Source: Eledone cirrhosa (lineage: Eukaryota). Taken from it: DNA of 64,000 nucleotides. The position numbers and the translations under genes are program-made. The stretch is from NCBI GenBank assembly GCA_964016885.1, contig OZ024740.1, positions 329,902,001 to 329,966,000 of the forward strand, given 5' to 3'. Of this stretch, positions 1-12,475 are shown piece after piece; position 1 is the first letter of the stretch, and each line of letters opens with the position of its first letter. A model generated the notes under the pieces. The model did not search any database. It saw only the letters and a program-made list of their open reading frames with translations, and was not told the DNA's origin.

Positions 1-472
1 AACTTACAATTAAGGACAAAATGAAAACACACACACACATAGAACAAACAACCAACCAGTAACATGTAAATAAACAAATAAATAAGTGAACATAAACACA
101 CACAGACATCCGGATGTGGCGCATGCGCAGACTGAGCACACAACACACACACAGAAACAAAATGGCGTAGGACAGAACAAAGGAGAGGCACAGAAACAAA
201 GAAAGGAATCCCCATTCACTGAAGAGGTCACAACGTGTGTGACGAAAGAACTATGACTATATATAAACAACTATCTGGTTGTGGAACCAACCAACCAACC
301 AGAAATTTATAAATTTATAAATTTATCATAAATTTATTATAATAAATTGAAGTGAAAGCATCTGGTGCGTGTGTTTCTTATTGGCAACATGACCCTCCCA
401 AAGTATAACAATATCGGTTTCAACACACGATTTCAGATAAAGAATCTTGCTAAACAAATTCAGAAACGAAAT
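1..472 (+). mobile_element. Non-coding repeat fragment (hammerhead family B; probable PLE pLTR or retrozyme)
   Basis: About 150-472 is near-identical to 54896-55225 and to the reverse complement of 54636-54898; carries a minimal hammerhead motif and ends in (TA)n. Confidence 0.7.
214..258 (+). ncRNA. Minimal type I hammerhead ribozyme motif (family B)
   Basis: attca-CTGAAGA(219-225)-g-gtcaca/tgtgac helix II-GAAA(244-247)-gaac-TA-tgact; helix I has one mismatch in this copy. Confidence 0.7.
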
Positions 473-489
473 ATATATATATATATATA

Positions 490-2097
490 TAGTAATAATA
501 ATAAAATTGAAGACTAAAATCCGATGAGGAAAATATATATCAAATATATAAGAACCGTAGAGCAAATATTTATTAAAATAACAGATTAATGTTTAAGCAA
601 AGAATCGCTGCTTTCACCCTTAATGGGATGTTCTGAAACTAACAAAGTCAATCTGTAAACGCAGAACTGGATATTTCAAAAAACGTTGCCACCGGCGGAA
701 GACAAGAAGACGATTCTTTGGTTCGTGGGAACGTTCGCTGGCAAAGAACGTGAAAAAACGAATAATACATCATTAATAGGAGCGGTGAAAAACAATTACG
801 CGCAAAGACAGAACCACGTTTATGGTATAAAAGAGGTCGTAGACTAATGTTCTCTTAGGTGGTGCATAGAGACGTTCTCTGGCAATGAACGAAAAAACGA
901 AGATAATAAGTCATATGTGGACCGTGGAGAACAATAGCACGCAAAGACAAAACCACGTAAATGGTATAGCAGAAGTTGTAGACTAAAATTCTAACTAGGA
1001 GACCAAATGAATCTCCGCTACAGAGTTAAGAACAAAGTAAATAAATACAATACAGAAGTAATAGAAACAAATAAATACATACACGCAAACAGATACGTAC
1101 ATACACAAGCATACGCAAAACCTTACCATAGGTATACAAAACCACGCACATATAAATGTGTGTGTGTATGCTTGTGTACAAATAAATAAATAATTATATA
1201 AACGTATATAAGTAAATAAATACGTATATAACAAGCGCACACACATACCTTCAAATAAATACACGAATGTTCGGAGACGTAAGTCAACATAAACAAGAAG
1301 TACACATATACACACACCCACCATACGTACCAACCTGCATACTCACGCAGACGCAAAACTCCCGTATACATATATCCAAACCCTAAACACCAGAATATGT
1401 AAAGATTATACGCCATAACAGTCAAATATACGTACGAGAAGGTATACCTACCTTCACAAAAGATACGGGTAATATATACTTACCTATGCATATAAGTAAA
1501 GGAATAAACAAAACATATACTTAGCTCCCACATCAAGACGTAAAATATTCAGGTATAGATCGTGCTATCCGTTAGGGTATAACGTGGGGCTGTAATACAT
1601 GAAAGTTTTGTGCAATTTATGTTTACAAGCCGAAATTGCCTCAGATTTTTGTTTAAGATGTGTTCTGTGGCGTAGAGTATTTCCAGGGCCTCAGCGGCGC
1701 AGAGGTTACATGGTCTTTTATTTCCGTTATACGATCTAGCCCTAGCTAGGATCTCCCAGTGTAACTTATATGTGAAGTGGTTGTCTTTTAGACTCCAGAT
1801 ATAAGCTGAAAGTGACGTCATATTCCTTCTTAGAGGGTAAAGAAAAGAATGGGTATGCATGTAAAGACGCTGCTTGAAACTATTGGCGGTTAACCCTCTG
1901 TAGGCCCTACGGGACGTGGGTGTTACAACCTTACATTTGTAGACAATGTTACTAGAGAGGTATTTCCCGGATAGGGGGCAATCAGCCCGATTCCTACAAT
2001 TATAGTTAGTACTAACTACGGGGTTGCACGTGTTCCTACGGCTAGGTAGTTTAGCTAAATTTGAAGCTGTGATGTTATGTGCAAGGTTAGGAGTGGT
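490..2097 (-). mobile_element. Inverted 3' portion of the Penelope-like element (GIY-YIG region + pLTR)
   Basis: Reverse complement of ~5010-6547 plus the pLTR-adjacent segment seen at 3275-3370; ORF 1549-2136 encodes CNCR..CP..G..NIVYKC..AYRGLT..FKQR..CNLC. Confidence 0.9.
582..655 (-). ncRNA. Hammerhead-like motif of Penelope pLTR (family A), probably inactivated copy
   Basis: Same fold as 3200-3273 but core reads CAGAACA (G8 changed to C). Confidence 0.5.
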
Positions 2098-3199
2098 GAG
2101 GCAATTCGGCTTGTAAACATAAACTGCACAAAACATTCCTGTATTACATTACAGCCCCACGTTATACTCTAACCGATAGCAGGATCTATACGTGGATATT
2201 TTACGTCTTGATGTGGGAGCTAAGTATATGTTTTATTTATTCCATTACTTATTTGCATAGGTAAGTATATACTACCCGTATCTTTTGTGAAGGTATGTAT
2301 ACCTTCTCGTACGTATATTTGACTGTTATGGCGTATCATTTTTACATATTCTGGTATTTAGGGTTTGGCTATCTGTATACGGGTGTTTTGCGTCTGCGTG
2401 AATATGCAGGTTCGTAAGTATGGAGGGTGTGTGTATATGTGCACTTCTTATTTATGTTGACTTACGTCTCCGAACATTCGTGTATTTATTTGTAGGTATG
2501 TGTGTGCGCTTGTTATATACGTATTTATTTACTTATATAAACGTGTATAGTAAATAAATACGTATATAACAAGCGCACACACATACCTACAAATGTGTGT
2601 AGGTATGTGTGTGCGCTTGTTATATACATATTTATTTACTTATATACGTTTATATAATTATTTATTTATTTGTACACAAGCATACACACCCTCACATATT
2701 TATATGTGCGTGGTTTTGTATACCTATGGTAAGGTTTTGCGTATGCTTGTGTATGTACGTATCTGTTTGCGTGTATGTATTTATTTGTTTCTATTACTTC
2801 TGTATTGTATTTATTTACTTTGTTCTTAACTCTGTAGCGGAGATTCATTTGGTCTCCTAGTTAGAATTTTAGTCTACAACTTCTGCTATAACATTTACGT
2901 GGTTTTGTCTTTGCGTGCTACTGTTGTCCACTCTCCACATATAACTTATTATCTTCGTTTGTTCGTTCAATGCCAGAGAACATCTCTATGCACCACCTAA
3001 GAGAACATTAGTCTACGACCTCTTTTATACCATAAACGTGGTTCTGTCTTTGCGCGTAATTGTTTTTCACCGCTCCTATTAATGACGTATTATTCGTTTT
3101 TTCCCGTTCTTTGCCAGCGAACGTTACCACGAACCAAAGTATCGTTTTCCTGTCTTCCTCCGGTTTAAACGTTTTTTAAAATATCCAGTTCTGCGTTTA

Positions 3200-3273
3200 C
3201 AGATTGACATCGTTAGTTTCAGAAGATCCCGTTAAGGGTGAAAGCAGCGATTCTTTGCTTAAACTTTAATCTG
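3200..3273 (+). ncRNA. Type I hammerhead-like ribozyme, variant core (family A), in 5' pLTR
   Basis: cagattga..agttt-CAGAAGA(3220-3226)-t-ccc/ggg-t-GAAA(3240-3243)-gca/tgc-TT-aaact-ttaatctg; helices I, II and III all pair. Confidence 0.7.
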
Positions 3274-3418
3274 TTATTTTAATAAATATTTGCTCTACGG
3301 TTCTTATATATTTGATATATAATTTCCTTATCGAGCCCTCTTTGGATTTTAGTCTTCAATTTTATTATTATTTCTATTTGGCTCCTTCGGTTGAGCACTC
3401 TACTGACTTCTATTCATC

Positions 3419-5546
3419 ATGCAGAAACAACATCTGAATATTTCTACAAAGAACATACCCGTACCAAGCAGGAAAACATACCTAAAACTCCTGATACAGA
3501 AAACAGACTCGTTCATTAAAAGGTTGCGTTGGCGTGCCTTTTATTTCGATAATCCGCGAAAAGCAGACAACAAACAGGATAAATTTGGATTTAAAACCTA
3601 TAATAACCCTCCGTGGAACCCAACATTGCTACCCTTCGAAAATGATGTCTTGGAACTCATTCGGAATATCAAATTTCGGAATAGGAGCAATTCCTTCCAG
3701 CAAGACCTGAAGAATAGAATTCGTTCTATTAAGAATTCTAACGCCGTGCACGTCCATTCCGACAAAACTGGCAACCTATATCAATCGGAGCGCCGTACTT
3801 ACCATCAACTACTACATAATGCTGTAACTAAGGATTACCGTAAAACTAATCGGTGTGTCATCAATGAAATCAACGATGCTGGGTTTAAAATCACATCTGA
3901 TTTCAACATGCTGGACCGGACCGAACCTCTGGACCCTATCTCTCCCCACTTTACCCTGAAGGATCACAAATCCAATTTTCCGAGCAATCCCTCTATTCGG
4001 CTTATTAACCCTACGAAGTCCGATTTAGGTAGACTTAGTAAAACGATTCTTGATAGAATTATACCTGAAATTAGAAGTGTGGCCCCTCTCGCACTGTGGA
4101 ACAATTCTTTCGCGGTGATTGATTGGTTCAACGGCATATGTAACAAGAAACATTGCCGTTTTATCCAATTCGACATCAACAATTACTACTCTTCCATCAC
4201 TTTACCACTTCTCCTTAGAGCTATCAATTTCGCTAAAACACTCACAGTGGTTAAGGATTTCGAAGTTGAAGTCATCCTTAATGCCCGAAAGTCGGTGATT
4301 AATTTCGACGACTCTATTTGGATTAAAAAAATCCAATGGTACCCCATTCGACGTCAGTATGGGCGCCAGTGACTCTGCGGAGGTTACTGATCGTATTGGC
4401 CTTTTCCTTCTTTTCTCTATCAAGGACGAATTCCCCAACGCGGGCGGTGGTTTGTAGCGTGACGATGGTCTTTTGACCATGACTAAGTGCGGACCTCCTG
4501 CTTGCGACAGGTTCAGAAAATAACTCACAGCCTTCTTTAAAGGCTTAAACCTCTGTATACAGGTTGAGGCCAATCTCTCGGTCGTTAATTACCTCGACGT
4601 TACCCTCAATTTATTGAATGGGTTGTATTACCCGTATAGAAAGCCGAATGATACGCTTAATTACATAAGTAAGCGTTCCAACCATCCTGCCAGCATAAAC
4701 AAGAACCTGGCAAAAAAGTGTCGTTGAGGCTTTCCCGTCTTTCTACCAACGAGCGCATCTTCAACGACCATTCCACTTATTACAATGAAGCTCTTGCTCG
4801 AAGTGTATTTCTCGATAAGGTAGCATATACAGAGTACGAAATAGACCTAGAAGAAATAGATCCCGTCGAATTTGTTGGTTTAACCCACCATATAATATGG
4901 ATGTGGCCACACCATTAGCTAACATCTTTCTTTCCATTATTACGAAGCCTTTTCCCCCACACATAAATATATTAACATTTTTAATAGAAATACTATTAAA
5001 ATTTCTTACTCTACGACTCCTAACCTTGCACATAACATCACAGCTTCAAATTTAGCTAAACTACCTAGCCGTAGGAACACGTGCAACCCTGTAGTTAGTA
5101 CTAACTATAATTGTAGGAATCGGGCTGATTGCCACCTATCCGGGAAATGCATCTCTAGTAACATTGTCTACAAATGCAAGGTTGTAACACCCACGTCCCG
5201 TAGGGCCTACAGAGGGTTAACCGCCAATAGTTTCAAGCAGCGTCTTTACATGCATACCCATTCTTTTCGTTACCCTCTAAGAAGGAATATGACGTCACTT
5301 TCAGCTTATATCTGGAGTCTAAAAGACAACCACACCCAATATAAGTTACACTGGGAGATCCTAGCTAGGGCTAGATCGTATAACGGAAATAAAAGACCAT
5401 GTAACCTCTGCGCCGCTGAGGCCCTGGAAATACTCTACGCCACAGACCACATCTTAAACACAAAATCTGAGGCAATTTCGGCTTGTAAACATAAATTGCA
5501 CAAAACTTTCCTGTATTATAGCCCCACGTTATACCCTAACGGATAG
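3419..5546 (+). pseudogene. Disrupted Penelope-like ORF: reverse transcriptase + Cys-rich linker + GIY-YIG endonuclease
   Basis: Motifs TLKDHK, IRLINP, QFDINNYYSSI, MGASDSAE, GGL*RDDGL (YRDD with stop), CNCR..CHLSGKC, IVYKC..YRGLT, CNLC, CKH; frameshifts near 4330, 4717 and 4840 and stops near 4455 and 4521. Confidence 0.92.
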
Positions 5547-6459
5547 CACGATCTATACGTGAATATTTTACGTCTTGATGTGGGAGCTAACTATATGTTT
5601 TGTTTATTCCTTTACTTATATGCATAGGTAAGTATATATTACCCGTATGTTTTGTGAAGGTATGTATACCTTCTCGTACGTATATTTGACTATTATGGCG
5701 TATAATCTTTACATATTCTGGTGTTTAGGGTTTGGCTATATGTATACGGGAGTTTTGCGTCTGCGTGAGTATGCAGGTTGGTACGTATGGTGGGTGTGTG
5801 TATATGTGTACTTCTTGTTTATGTTGACTTACGTCTCCGAACATTCGTGTATTTATTTGTAGGTATGTGTGTGCGCTTGTTATATACGTATTTATTTACT
5901 TATATGTGTTTATATAATTATTTATTTATTTGTACACAAGCATACACACACACACATATTTATATGTGCGTGGTTTTGTATACATATGGTAAGGTTTTGC
6001 GTATGCTTGTGTATGTACGTATCTGTTTGCGTGTATGTATTTATTTGTTTCTATTACTTCTGTATTGTTTTTATTTACTCTGTTCTTAACTCTGTAGCGG
6101 AGATTCATTTGGTCTCCTAGTTAGAATTTTAGGCTACAACTTCTGCTATACCATTTACGTGGTTTTGTCTTTGCGTGCTATTGTTCTCCACGGTCCACAT
6201 ATGACTTATTATCTTCGTTTTTTCGTTCATTGCTAGAGAACGTCTCTATGCACCACCTAAGAGAACATTAGTATACGACCTCTTTTATACCATAAACGTG
6301 GTTCTGTCTTTGCGCGTAATTGTTTTTCACCGCTCCTATAAATGACGTATTATTCGTTTTTTCCCGTTCTTTGCCAGCGAACGTTACCACAAACCAAAGT
6401 ATCGTCTTCCTGTCTTCCTCCGGTTGCAACGTTTTTTGAAACATCCAGTTCTGCGTTTA

Positions 6460-6533
6460 CAGATTGACTTTGTTAGTTTCAGAAGATCCCGTTACGGGTG
6501 AAAGCAGCGATTCTTTGCTTAAACTTTAATCTG
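6460..6533 (+). ncRNA. Type I hammerhead-like ribozyme, variant core (family A), in 3' pLTR
   Basis: Same fold as 3200-3273 with CAGAAGA core; the element ends ~14 nt downstream in (TA)n. Confidence 0.7.
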
Positions 6534-7057
6534 TTATTTTAATAAATATATATATATATATATATAAATGGAAAAAAATGAAATTTCATTTCTCACTCTT
6601 AGTACTGCTGATACTTAAACATAAGTATGTATACGTACATACATATATGTATACAGACGGACGTACAGTAGTATGTGTATAAATACATACATGCACACAT
6701 ACATATATGTACGTATGGGTTTACGGAACATTTATTATAATGCTCGGTTTGTTTGTAAACAAACAGCCCGAATTATTAGCCGTACAGTGTTCGGCAACAA
6801 TCGTTGCCCTTTTGTTCAACAAAGGAACGATGGACTAGTTTCTATCTTATTAGCTGTCATCAGCACATTATACCTTCCTTTCAGTCGATTGAACGTTTGA
6901 AAGTATATACTTCCCTTATGCATACTAATGACTGAGCAGCCTAATTAGCGCATCGAGTGAGTTAGTCGGCCGTGTCTCACTCGCTTTACGCGTTTCACTT
7001 GTTCCAATAGCTTATTTTAGTTATTGCTCGCACCAACCTGAGATATCTGATTTATAA

Positions 7058-7107
7058 TGCGATGAAATGATGGTTGGTAAAATCACTGATGAGGGACTAA
7101 ATTTATA
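7058..7107 (+). repeat. Dispersed repeat fragment with the 5' half of a hammerhead core (CTGATGA-gggac)
   Basis: Similar to the reverse complement of 48661-48715 (gcgatgaaat..ggttgg..atcactgatga.ggactaaattta). Confidence 0.5.
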
Positions 7108-7196
7108 ATATGTAATCCATGTGCAACCATGCAGTATTCTTCTTCCCCTTGTTTTTCATATATATATATAGATGAGATTCGACAGGACTAGAACTG

Positions 7197-7263
<67 letters not shown>

Positions 7264-7286
7264 CAAGTTTATATAATTAGAAGTTT

Positions 7287-7537
7287 GAACAGTCAGATGA
7301 AATATATCCAATTTATTTCCTCCTCAGTCCGTAGAAATCAACTAGATAAATAATCATTCAGACAGAGCTAAGTATAAAATGTAACATTGAAGAAAAAACA
7401 GATACATGTCACAGACTTTCCTCCGTGAGGAACAGTCAGATAAAATTACCTAGTCTTTCCTCTTAGTCCGTAGAACTTAACTAGACAAATAATCAATTAA
7501 ACGGAGCTAAGTCTAAAATGTAAGTTTTAAGAAAAAA
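7287..7537 (+). repeat. Diverged direct duplication, ~143-bp period
   Basis: gaacagtcagat...agtccgtagaa...gagctaagt.taaaatgtaa occurs twice. Confidence 0.75.
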
Positions 7538-7897
7538 ATGTATATAAGCTTTACCAAAATTCTTCAAGTTCCAACTATTGATAGTTTCGATCGTATTTTG
7601 TGGATATGTCTAATCCTATTATTATCAATGACGCTTCGAGCTATTCAAGAGACTCCCTCAGTTAGGACTAAAGTTTCTAAAGTGATCGCCGCCAGTAACG
7701 GATTCAAAAGAGGTGAAAAACATCACGTGGCTAGCGGGCAAAGTAGAAGGGTTGTGAAGGGTAGATCGGATGGCGAGTATGTTCACTGATAGAAGAAGCA
7801 GTTAGTTATCGCCTAAAGTTTACTCGACAAAAAGGGAGTATAGAATAAATTCATGAAGCAGAAAGGGTCCAAGAAAAACACAACTAAATGAGCGAAT

Positions 7898-8282
7898 GGA
7901 GTTTTCTGCCCTAACTAGTCTGTGTTCGCAAAACGCATACAAATGCGCCGGATCACTACTCTAACCAATCGTCCTCGTGCTTTTTTGGCCTATTATTCAT
8001 CCATAAGGTGGCTCACATACGGATCAAGGAACACGTGATAATTAGAGCTTCGGCCGTTATAAAATACAGATTGGAAGGTGCCGCAGCCGAGAATTGGAGC
8101 TCTCCATGGAGGCGACGGGAATGCTTATTGGAAATTTAAGAATTAAGGAGGATATTTCTATCAGGCAAATAAATCCATGTCTACATAATAGGATAGAAAT
8201 GGAGGAGGCATAATTGCTGGGCATTATGCTTGCGTATTCGCATGCGTTTTGTAAATATAGTGCAGTTTGAGAAGAAAACTCC
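7898..8282. mobile_element. Possible old MITE with imperfect terminal inverted repeats
   Basis: ggagttttct..caaaacgcatacaaatgcgc (7898-7948) versus gcgtattcgcatgcgttttg..agaaaactcc (8232-8282). Confidence 0.4.
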
Positions 8283-8503
8283 GATCACTTTTATCGTTTG
8301 GCTTTGTTTCATTTGTCATAATTTGCACTTCGTAAACTTTGTACCGCATTGTGATGGCTGTAATCAAAGTATCGGTCTTTTACTACATATTTCATAATAC
8401 ATTGTATTAACTTACTCTCTCTCTCCTACTCATTCTTCCCTACTCTCTCTCCCTCTCCTCGTCTCTCTCTCTTTCTCTTTCTCCCTCTCTCCTCTCCCTC
8501 TCT

Positions 8504-8562
<59 letters not shown>

Positions 8563-9183
8563 TTCGTATATCTGTGTATGTTTGTGTTTGTGTGTTAGTC
8601 TCTGTGCGTATCTGTGTGTACGTGTAGGAAGGAATATGATTTATATAACCTCTTTAAGATTCTAGCTATGACATACATCTTTCTCATAACAGGTGCATTA
8701 AATGATAGGATCAAAGAAATACATAAAAATCAAAGCGGATATATGAGATTATTGGGATATTTTACATTTGAAGTTAAGTTTCCAGGATATGCGTAAACAT
8801 ACCGGTAATAGAAAATGGTTACAAAATATGGCATAAATAGTTGAACCAATTTCCAGAAACCTCATTGCCCAATAAAACTGTTGGATATAAATACCTTTAT
8901 TTGGTGATGGTTTAATTTAGATAATATATTAATAAATGGAATTTATTATTATCTACTTGTAACTATGTAAACATATGAAACGATTCATAGCAACAACAAT
9001 AAATACAATTATATAAATTGTAAATGGTTTTATTTAAAATTGGATTTTGTGAGACACATTTTATTATGAATCTCATAAATTACAGAAAGTGTTATTATGA
9101 GAGTTTTCACATCAAATTCAATATTTATATACAAATATATATCCAATGTCTGAATTATTATATATACATACGTAACCCCCCAC

Positions 9184-9244
<61 letters not shown>

Positions 9245-9516
9245 CATACATAAATATATATATATAAATACATACATATATATATATATTACATTATATT
9301 TTGAGAATAAACTCTCAGTCGTTTACAATAATTAAGCTCCAGGAAAAGGGGCTCTTCCGAGCAGGTAAATACATTTAAAATATATGATAAACACGAAATG
9401 TGTTTATATTGCAACAGACAAAGTTAGCTATTAATGAAATAAACTAATTAAAGTGAATACAATTTGTCTGTCTCGATATAAGTCAATAAAGACAAGCTTA
9501 TATTGGCAACGGCCAT

Positions 9517-9693
9517 GATTCTTAGACAGATTTAAATTTCAAAATTCAAACCTGTTCTGTAGACGAATTTGAACCTCGAAACCTAAATAAGTTTCGCAAC
9601 GGTGGAATGTGAATTGAAAAATAAAGAGAATCGAAATGGAATAGAAATAAAAGAGTGAAATATCCAAATCTTCTGTGCTTATCAACAGGAATC
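9517..9693 (-). ncRNA. Type I hammerhead (family C), helix I with two substitutions
   Basis: Same as 11039-11215 but the 3' helix I strand reads taagaatc. Confidence 0.6.
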
Positions 9694-10074
9694 CAGTAAA
9701 ATTAGTATATCTCACATCAAACATTTTGCAGGTCTGACTACACGTGTGTAGGCAGGCCAAAACTAGCCGTCCCGCATTCACGGTGCTAGAAATAACAGCC
9801 GCTTATGCAGGATTAAGGATCAGCTCTACAATAATGGAGCCATACATTATATTATATTTTGAGAATAAACTCTCAGTCGTTTACAATAATTAAGCTCCAG
9901 GAAAAGGGGTTCTTTCGAGCAGTTAAATACATTTAAAATATATGATAAACACGAAATGTGTTTATATTGCAACAGACAAAGTTAGCTATTAATGAAATAA
10001 ACTAATTAAAGTGTATACAATTTGTCTGTCTCGATATAAGTCAATAAAGACAAGCTTATATTGGCAACGGCCGT

Positions 10075-10251
10075 GATTCCTGGACAGATTTAAATTTCAA
10101 AATTCAAACCTGTTCTGTAGACGAATTTGAACCTCGAAACCTAAATAAGTTTCGCAACGGTGGAATGTGAATTGAAAAATAAAGAGAATCGAAATGGAAT
10201 AGAAATAAAAGAGTGAAATATCCAAATCTTCTGTGCTTATCAACAGGAATC
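10075..10251 (-). ncRNA. Type I hammerhead ribozyme (family C), intact
   Basis: Reverse-complement copy with gattcctg-TTGATAA-gca...tgc-GAAA-long helix III-GTC-caggaatc. Confidence 0.78.
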
Positions 10252-11038
10252 CAGTAAAATTAGTATATCTCACATCAAACATTTTGCAGGTCTGACTACA
10301 CGTGTGTAGGCAGTCCAAAACTAGCCGTCCCGCATTCACGGCGCTAGAAATAACAGCCGCTTATGCAGGATTAAGGATCAGCTCTACAATAAAGGAGCCA
10401 TACATTATATTATATTTTGAGAATAAACTCTCAGTCGTTTACAATAATTAAGCTCCAGGAAAAGGGGCTCTTCCGAGCAGTTAAATATATTTAAAATATA
10501 TGATAAACACAAAATGTGTTTATATTGCAACAGACAAAGTTAGCTATTAATGAAATAAACTAATTAAAGTGAATACAATTTGTCTGTCTCGATATAAGTC
10601 AATAAATTCGTCTACAGAAGAGGTTTGAATTTTGAAATTTAAATCTGTCCAGGAATCATGGCCGTTGCTAATATAAGCTTGTCTTTATTGACTTATATCG
10701 AGACAGACAAATTGTATTCACTTTAATTAGTTTATTTCATTAATAGCTAATTTTGTCTGTTGCAATATAAACACATTTCGTGTTTATCATATATTTTAAA
10801 TGTATTTAACTGCTCGGAAGAGCCCCTTTTCCTGGAGCTTAATTATTGTAAACGACTGAGGGTTTATTCTCAAAATATAATATAATGTATGGCTCCTTTA
10901 TTGTAGAGCTGATCCTTAATCCTGCATAAGCGGCTGTTATTACTAGCACCGTGAATGCGGGACGGCTAGTTTTGGCCTGCCTACACACGTGTAGTCAGAC
11001 CTGCAAAATTTTTGATGTGAGATATACTAATTTTACTG

Positions 11039-11215
11039 GATTCCTGTTGATAAGCACAGAAGTTTTGGATATTTCACTCTTTTATTTCTATTCCATTTCG
11101 ATTCTCTTTATTTTTCAATTCACATTCCACCGTTGCGAAACTTATTTAGGTTTCGAGGTTCAAATTCGTCTACAGAACAGGTTTGAATTTTGAAATTTAA
11201 ATCTGTCCAGGAATC
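11039..11215 (+). ncRNA. Type I hammerhead ribozyme (family C), intact
   Basis: Helix I gattcctg(11039-46)/caggaatc(11208-15); core TTGATAA(11047-53); helix II gca/tgc; GAAA(11137-40); ~25-bp G-U-rich helix III; GTC(11205-07). Confidence 0.78.
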
Positions 11216-11596
11216 ACGGCCGTTGCCAATATAAGCTTGTCTTTATTGACTTATATCGAGACAGACAAATTGTATACACTTTAATTAGTTTATTTCATTA
11301 ATAGCTAACTTTGTCTGTTGCAATATAAACACATTTCGTGTTTATCATATATTTTAAATGTATTTAACTGCTCGGAAGAGCCCCTTTTCCTGGAGCTTAA
11401 TTATTGTAAAGGACTGAGAGTTTACTCTCAAAATATAATATAATGTATGGCTCCTTTATTGTAGAGCTGATCCTTAATCCTGCATAAGCAGCTGTTATTT
11501 CTAGCACCGTGAATGCGGGACGGCTAGTTTTGGCCTGCCTACACACGTGTAGTCAGACCTGCAAAGTTTTTGATGTGAGATATACTAATTTTACTG

Positions 11597-11773
11597 GATT
11601 CCTGTTGACAAGCACAGAAGATTTGGATATTTCACTATTTTATTTCTATTCCATTTCGATTCTCTTTATTTTTCAATTCACACTCCACCGTTGCGAAACT
11701 TATTTAGGTTTCGAGGTTCAAATTCGTCTACAGAACAGGTTTGAATTTTGAAATTTAAATCTGAACAGGAATC
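11597..11773 (+). ncRNA. Type I hammerhead (family C), cleavage triplet mutated
   Basis: Core TTGACAA (N7 variant); GTC replaced by GAA at 11763-11765. Confidence 0.6.
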
Positions 11774-11915
11774 ATGGCCGTTGCCAATATAATCTTGTCT
11801 TTATTGACTTATATCGAGACAGACACATTGTATTCACTTTAATTAGTTCATTTCATTAATAGCTAACTTTGTCTGTTGCAATATAAACACATTTCGTGTT
11901 TATCATATATTTTAA

Positions 11916-12474
<559 letters not shown>

Positions 12475-12475
<1 letters not shown>

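Larger units (their letters stand above)
2098..6547 (+). mobile_element. Penelope-like retroelement (probably Naiad-type), near full length, with direct pseudo-LTRs
   Basis: About 2098-3285 is directly repeated at ~5470-6547; these flank an RT + GIY-YIG reading frame; an inverted partial copy precedes it; the 3' end runs into (TA)n. Confidence 0.92.

Noticed and set aside
3419-5546. Selenocysteine recoding as reported for some Naiad PLEs
   Set aside because: The Cys motifs use TGT/TGC, and the in-frame disruptions seen are TAG/TAA stops or frameshifts, not UGA at Cys positions.
10900-11005. Possible snRNA, SL-RNA, twister or HDV ribozyme (agttttgg between two hairpins; gtgaatgcgggac)
   Set aside because: No splice donor or snRNA homology, and the required pseudoknot partners could not be found.
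9539-11751. Four repeated 80-aa ORFs (MNAGRLVL...) in the 558-bp units
   Set aside because: GTG start, no recognisable domain, and simply follow the DNA repeat; the hammerhead fold explains the sequence better.
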